A stretch of 64,000 bases of DNA from Anthoceros angustus. Taxonomy: Eukaryota; Plantae; Anthocerotophyta. Position 1 is the stretch's first letter. The number at the start of each line of letters is the position of its first letter. The DNA lies in NCBI GenBank assembly GCA_010909165.1, contig VJWM01000103.1, forward strand, positions 248,001-312,000, in the 5' to 3' direction. The notes below the pieces were generated by a model, which had not been told where the DNA came from, ran no database searches, and saw only the letters and a program-made list of their open reading frames with translations. Positions 61,560-64,000 of this stretch are shown here, in pieces. The position numbers and the translations under genes were made by a program.

Positions 61560-64000
61560 ATGCGTTTGCGGTTCCTGGATGTCGATTACTACGAGGAGAA
61601 ACCGAAGCAGTTTTGGAAGGAGCAAGAGAAGTTCCTTTCCCCTATCCCAAAGGATGATCTGACAGCCACTGTCCTACTGTCTCCTCTGCATTTTAGTGCA
61701 ACAAATGCAAGAGCCGGTTTGTTTGATGGAAGAAATGTGCACGAAGAGGTCCTGCAACCTGAGAAACGGTCGCCATACTTATCTTCCTCAACCTGCCTAC
61801 CTGTTGAAAGATGTCTGTCGAAGGTTCCATCCAGGGAGGAGAGTCTAAGCGACAAAAACGCGGATCCTTTTTGCTGTGCTGGAAGCGAACTCAGGAACGT
61901 TGCCTTTGGCCATCTTAATGCTGTAGAGGCGTCAATCGACGAGACTGATTCTGTCAATCTTAAGAAAGAAGAAAATGCCGGGCAGCACTGGAGTCCCTTG
62001 TCCTGCTGTTTCCAAGGAGATGGCTGGCAAGAATTGAAAGCAAATGTAAGGTGCCTTTCGAGACTCCGGGGCTAAGGCGAATAAACTTGTCTGGCAAAGG
62101 CCCCCCTGCTTGTTGCAGTCAGAGTAGGAGTTTTTCTGTATGAGCAGGTCAAATGAGAGTTTTCTGTGTCAGCAAGTTTCCAATTGACCATGAAGGTGCA
62201 TCGTTTTCCCCCATTTCACTCCTATGTCCAGAACACTTTAGATCCGCGACGATGTTTGGGACGAGGGTAAAGCATGCTCAGCAGTACTGTAATTTCAGCG
62301 TATGACTTAATACCTTGTGGCAGTCCTGGTGAAGAATCTTATCAGTACTCTGTTGGTTTAACAGGAAGATACTGCTGCACCGGATGGAAGTCCCCGCACA
62401 ATGGAAACATCTGATTTGAAAGTCAGTTTCGGTATGCTTGAAAACGTGGCGCCCTCTGCTGTGCTGAAGACGCCTGTCAAGAATCATCACGCTGCTGCTT
62501 CCCATCCTCCCGCTGTGCCTTCCGGGGCAGCATGTGATAGTCAAACTTATGATGGTGGGGGTTTCCTGGTTTCAGAGAGTTTTCCTGGCCAAGTGGATGC
62601 CCATGCTTTAAGTGAACCAAAGTTATATGGCCTGAACAATTCGGGCAAGATCAAGCTGGAAAGGGGCTTCCAAGCCGTTCAGAGCAAGACAAACGAAGAA
62701 AGCGTCCAGATGCAGTTAGCAGTTGATGAGCCATTTTGTCTGTTATCAGACTGGTTACAAGGAGACAGCAGTGAGGATTTACGAGGTAAATTTGTTGCGA
62801 AATAGGTGCTATTTGATTAAAACTTTTGCAACAGCACACTTGATTTGTGGGGCACTAAAATTTTCTGTTTTAGTTCATGGAAGGTTGCTTGGGTTAACCG
62901 CTGATACAACTCCTGTACTTGATCTGGAAGGGTCAGAGCTTGATGTGGCTTCAGTGGTACTCACTTACCTTTGATGTCCGAAATTCTGGTTTTCCGTTGT
63001 TATCTCTGTCTAGGAGGAGAACTGGTGACCTTTTATTGAGAGTATTTCCGTAAAGATCTTGAGAATGGAAGCCAAGTATCCTCGTCTTTGGGACGCGCAG
63101 GAACAGCACGGAGTGCTACAGAACAAACCTCAACGAGATGAGGACTGTGCTCCTATAACAAGTGATGGCACACTCAATAATAAGGCACTCGCCTTTGTGG
63201 GTGCCCCCGAGGTTGGAGGCCTTGGGTACTCTGAAAGAAATGAGACACAAAGTTCATGTTTGAAGTTCATTGACCTTGACCGGATGAAGTCCCGCTGCAA
63301 TGTGAGGAAGGAGCAAGATACCTCCGTCCAATATGAAAGTTCTGTTACAAATGTGGAGGGTGAAGACGGTGTCCTCTTGAAAGACGTGGCAGGCCTGACG
63401 TGCTGGAATTATGACATGAATCAGCTGTCTGAGAGAAACGTTCACACTGAAGATAGTAAGGTCCTGAAGAACCGAAACTTGGTCCCCGTGGCCACCAGTG
63501 TGTCAAACTCGATAGACTTTGAGGATGATCTCAATGGTAGGATATGTCGTCAGAGTATTGACGGCCAAGCTCCTGCACAAGAAGGAAACGAGCCGGATGT
63601 TGCGACCGCTTTGGGGATGCAAGATGACCCTAGGGGAGGAGATTGCACTTTCAGCGAGTTGAATCAAAACACAGAATCTGTTCAATTGGCCAATGACAGT
63701 GTATGGGCTTGTTCCGACTGCGCGGAGCCTGTGTGTGATGTGCACTGTACCTTAAACGATTTGGTGGAAGTCCAACAACCGCAGGTAAGCTCGTTGCGAG
63801 TGACACACTGTGGAGTGGAAAATCTCCGGAGCATCGACCAGTGCAGTGTGCCAGGCATCATTTATCTTCACGAGGATGTGGAGAACACTCAGGTGGAAAT
63901 TGACAGAAACGGCTCTGATGGCATTTCCAGGGAACCTTATGAGCGTAAAATTCAGTTTCTCGAGGGGGATACAACTGTGGTTGCCAACTTGAGTGGTTCT
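61560..64000 (+). CDS. SHOC1: Probable SHORTAGE IN CHIASMATA 1 (SHOC1/Zip2-like), 5' part; continues beyond the window
   Basis: N-terminus MRLRFLDVDYY matches my recollection of the plant SHOC1 start (MRxRFLxxDYF). Following exons encode acidic, poorly conserved sequence, with an open frame from 63029 to the window end. The diagnostic C-terminal XPF-like domain is outside the window. Confidence 0.65.

Overview
Eukaryotic, gene-dense land-plant nuclear DNA. Introns are mostly 80-150 nt and genes are GC-rich. A compact non-seed-plant genome (bryophyte/hornwort-like) is my inference, not something the sequence proves. Left gene block (0.7-32 kb): SPARK-domain receptor-like kinase, LRR-VII-type receptor-like pseudokinase, CSI1/POM2 (ARM repeats + C2), single-finger QALGGH C2H2-EAR repressor, ELP4 (with a U12-type AT-AC intron), a divergent DUR3-like urea/solute symporter, and a 'PRLI-interacting factor A'-like protein whose motif order resembles animal HEXIM. 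Central transposon island (~32-50 kb): two decayed copies of a ~1000-codon retrotransposon accessory ORF, one of them split by a non-autonomous CACTA element with a verifiable 3-bp TSD; an indel-rich 0.7-kb tandem duplication; and a Ty3/gypsy RT-RNaseH remnant. Right gene block (50.6-64 kb): NOT9/CAF40, DUF4228/PADRE, RPL28, SG1-like TPR protein, and a head-to-head pair COM1/SAE2 (GR1) + probable SHOC1. That pair shares a ~440-bp promoter with an E2F site and two CTT-N7-AAG (SOG1-type) motifs. All protein calls come from recalled motifs; no database searches were run.
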